Positions 62,987 to 64,000 of a stretch of DNA of 64,000 nucleotides are shown piece by piece (position 1 is the stretch's first letter; each line of letters starts with the position of its first letter). The stretch covers positions 89,192,250-89,256,249 of the forward strand of contig NC_057718.1 of assembly GCF_004010195.1 (NCBI RefSeq), read 5' to 3'. Both the position numbers and the translations under genes were made by a program. The notes below the pieces were generated by a model, which was not told where the DNA came from, ran no database searches, and was given only the letters and a program-made list of their open reading frames with translations. This DNA is from Chiloscyllium plagiosum. Its lineage: Eukaryota.

Positions 62987-63091
62987 AGTGGATTAAAGTA
63001 AGTTGTGTTCATAGTTAAGTGTTAATGGTAAAACAGGTGAGGTTAAGGAATTTGGCGAGAGTTGTAGATTAAAGGGGATTGATCCGCTTTA

Positions 63092-64000
63092 CAGTGTGTT
63101 AGCTTTTATTGGTAGAGGGATCGAGTTTCGGAACCACAAGGCCATGCTGCACCTGTACAAAACACTGATGTGGCCTCCCTTGGGAGTATTGTGTACAGTT
63201 CTGGTCACCGCATAATAGGAAGGATGTGGAAGCTTTGGAAAAGGTTCAGAAGAGATTTACTAGGCTGTTGCCTGGTATTGAAGGAAGGTTGAGGGACTTG
63301 AGGCTGTTTTCATTAGAGAGAAGAAAGTTGAGAGGTGACTTGAGACATATAAGATAATCAGAGGGTTAGATAGGGTGGACAGTGAGAGCCTTTTCCCTCG
63401 GATGGTGATGGCTAGCACAAGGCGGCATAGCTTCAAATTGAGGAGTGATAGATAAAGGACAGATGTCAGAGGTAGTTTCTTTACTCAGAGATTAGATTAG
63501 ATTACTTAGATTAGATTAGATTAGATTACTTACAGTGTGGAAACAGGCCCTTCGGCCCAACAAGTCCACACCGCCCCGCCGAAGCGCAATCCACCCTTAC
63601 CCCTACATTTACCCCTTACCTAACACTACAGGCAATTTAGCATGGCCAATTCACCTGACCTGCACATCTTTGGACTGTGGGAGGAAACCGGAGCACCCGG
63701 AGGAAACCCACGCAGACACTGGGAGAACGTGCAAACTCCACACAGTCAGTCGCCTGAGGTGGGAATTGAACCCGGGTCTCTAGCGCTGTGAGGCAGCAGT
63801 GCTAACCATTGTGCCATCGTGCCGCCCACTAGGTAGGGGTGTGGAATGCACTGCCTGCAACAGTAGTAGACTCGCCAACTTTATGGACATTTAAATGATC
63901 ATTGGATGGGCATATGGACAATAATGGAATAGTGTAGGTTAGATGGGCTTCAGATTAGTTTCACAGGGCGGTGCAACATCAGGGGCCTGTACTGAGCTGT
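63092..64000 (+). mobile_element. CR1/HER1 LINE 3' fragment interrupted by a SINE
   Basis: ggagtattgtgtacagttctggtcaccgca..ttctttactcagag [SINE] ggtaggggtgtggaatgcactgcc. Confidence 0.82.
63491..63828 (-). mobile_element. HE1-like SINE, full length, long (AATCT)n tail, inside a CR1
   Basis: Reverse complement closely matches 58245-58573. Confidence 0.9.

Noticed and set aside
1..64000. Perfect estrogen response element GGTCAnnnTGACC
   Set aside because: I noticed only half-sites by eye; an exhaustive motif scan was not possible.

Overview
Eukaryotic genomic DNA from a cartilaginous fish, probably a shark (inferred from HE1-type SINEs, HER1/CR1 LINEs and Deu-domain SINEs). The window covers the convergent 3' ends of two genes. 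On + are the last two coding exons of estrogen receptor alpha (ESR1; 6292-6475 and 12887-13106). On - are the last eleven coding exons of nesprin-1 (SYNE1; 60414 down to the KASH exon at 25171), including a 66-nt DV-type cassette exon that the ORF track misses. All splice sites are GT-AG and the phases chain correctly. The introns are dense with decayed CR1 LINEs, tRNA-derived SINEs, a Tx1-type LINE 3' end, a MITE, a probable solo LTR and many Penelope-like (GIY-YIG) element pieces. The most notable signal is a minimal hammerhead-ribozyme motif (CUGANGA-A-GGGC-loop-GCCC-GAAA-CGUC) repeated about 11 times at Penelope-like ends. It also occurs in ~130-bp stand-alone insertions with 10-15-bp target-site duplications and in fold-back insertions that preserve a footprint of the integration mechanism. 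Repeat boundaries are approximate, and family names come from recognition by eye, not from a database search. There is an 82-N assembly gap at 42731-42812.
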